Shown: one piece after another, positions 62,527 through 64,000 of the stretch
Layout of the letters: the number at the start of each line of letters is the position of its first letter
Numbering within the stretch: position 1 is the first letter of the stretch
Assembly (NCBI RefSeq): GCF_003918875.1
Contig: NW_025765476.1
Coordinates: forward strand, 1 to 64,000
Reading direction: 5' to 3'
Source: Haliotis rubra
Taxonomy: Eukaryota
Length of the DNA stretch: 64,000 nucleotides
Notes under the pieces: model-generated
Told to the model about the DNA's origin: nothing
Seen by the model: the letters and a program-made list of their open reading frames with translations, nothing else
Databases searched by the model: none
Made by a program: the position numbers and the translations under genes

Positions 62527-64000
62527 CTGAAAAAATAAACACATAAGGATAAATAAGCTGAAGTTTAAAGCCTGTTGGTAAGATGGTACACTTTGATGAT
62601 GGTTTACAAAAAACCTTTTGGAAATCATCGTTGCAGCGTTACATGTTTTACTCTTACACATAGCTTTCGCTCCATTGAATGTTTAATTCTTCATTGAATT
62701 CTAAGGCACATATTCGTACTGCTCCATTGAATTTTATAGTTATTAATAAACACTGTACAGCATTATTATTTTATTAGTTTAAAGTAGGAATCTAGGGTTG
62801 GAGTGATCAGTGTTTCTCGATGCCACCAACACTCTAACCACATCACGGTAGGGAACACACACTCACTTCACTCATCGAACAGATTCGAACCCATGTGTCT
62901 ACTGAACGCTTCTATCAATAAGCTGTCCCATTCTTATGTTTTAAGTTGTTGTTGAGTATAGACAAGCGCTATCACTTATAAATGCTCTTTAACATTTAAA
63001 CATATTGTGAAAACGCTTGAGGTGAACACTGAAAGTTTGTTTTTGTCCATGGCATGATCTTACATGTGCATTGTTTACTGAAAGTGTGGAGATTCTTTTA
63101 GAAAGGATGTGATCAGATCATCATTCTTTTTAAGCAATTAAGCGTGATCATTTAAGAAATTGCATCCTTTACACGCATGTATATTATACGGTGTCCGCCA
63201 CATTTGAAAAATACCAATTGCCACTAAAGCCACATTTCAAGTACAAACCTGGGTGCCGCGAATCGCCGCGAAAGCCACAATGAGTAAGGATATCAATACC
63301 GTTTTTTCTCAAATAAGCGTCACCCATTGATCACAATGTATTGATGGGCGGCTTCTTTATTCCCGTTGAAGTTTTTAGTTAACATATGATAATATTAATC
63401 TTTGTATGTTTATTTTGTTCTTTAATCTTGCATTCTCCGCTTTTATTGTAGATTGTATTATCTTCATTTCTATCTATAGAATCTGTTCTGAAATAAAATG
63501 ATACATGCTAATGGGTCATTCTATAGAAAAGAGCAATTTCAGCTTTTGCCGGGACAGCCACATTCACACGATTACTCAACCATGCCCATTGCCGGTTGAG
63601 CCACACCATTTTCAACTCTGTTCTTCTTAAATGTGGCTCTCAAGGGTTATAACTATATTATACACCTTGAAAACATCAGCCCTTCTCTGTTTTCTGATGT
63701 CACTGCACTGCCATGTGTCAATGGGGTATCTTCAAGCATTTTATTCGATAAACGTATAAAATGATACTCGTACCTGATTTACCATTAGTGCAAATAGATC
63801 TCATATGTCGTTAGTTTCACAATTGCAATTCTTAAAAATGCATCAAGGTAGGGGAATGTGAAGCGAGGAGGGTGCAAATAGAAGGGTTGTCAAGTATTTG
63901 TTGTGACAGAAAAATAACTTACAAAACATTTATATAATAAATAATAATTGCGTTAACAAAATGTATTTCGTCACTTTTATAAGGAAATATATATAGTAAG

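Noticed and set aside
60411-62546. Long antisense Val/Ser/Gly-rich ORFs (711 aa here; 631 aa at 18665-20560; others opposite C, D, E)
   Set aside because: Shadow frames: the sense codon usage almost never uses TTA/CTA/TCA, so antisense stops are rare. The ORFs are broken at different places in different paralogues.

Overview
AT-rich animal genomic DNA, most likely from a gastropod mollusc. The SINEs with (CACT)n tails resemble abalone/Haliotis-type repeats; that assignment is an inference. The window is a tandem cluster of at least seven paralogues of one secreted ~705-727 aa Ala/Asn/Gly/Tyr/His/Lys-rich structural protein. Four are intact two-exon genes (B, C, D, E). One has a single 1-bp frameshift (F), one is an error-ridden partial copy at the window start (A), and one is hidden in garbled sequence at ~8.7-10.3 kb. 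Each intact gene has a 2-codon first exon (ATG AAG/CAG), a phase-0 intron and one ~2.1 kb exon. Main observation: despite low complexity, the protein has two ~290-residue Pro/Cys-free arms that align without indels between ~60%-identical paralogues. The arms are joined by a length-variable Gly-rich linker and are charge- and hydrophobicity-complementary in a single antiparallel register, which suggests one giant (~100 nm) beta-hairpin fibre monomer. Promoters share a TATA-proximal TAAACTTTACGAC (posterior-Hox-type) motif. Intergenic DNA holds segmental duplications, three SINE families, a decayed Tc1/mariner, a 4.6-kb IS3EU-like element that splits a SINE, Penelope-type hammerhead ribozyme motifs (including U3-A8 variants) and several satellites. 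The first ~12 kb shows signs of poor consensus quality.
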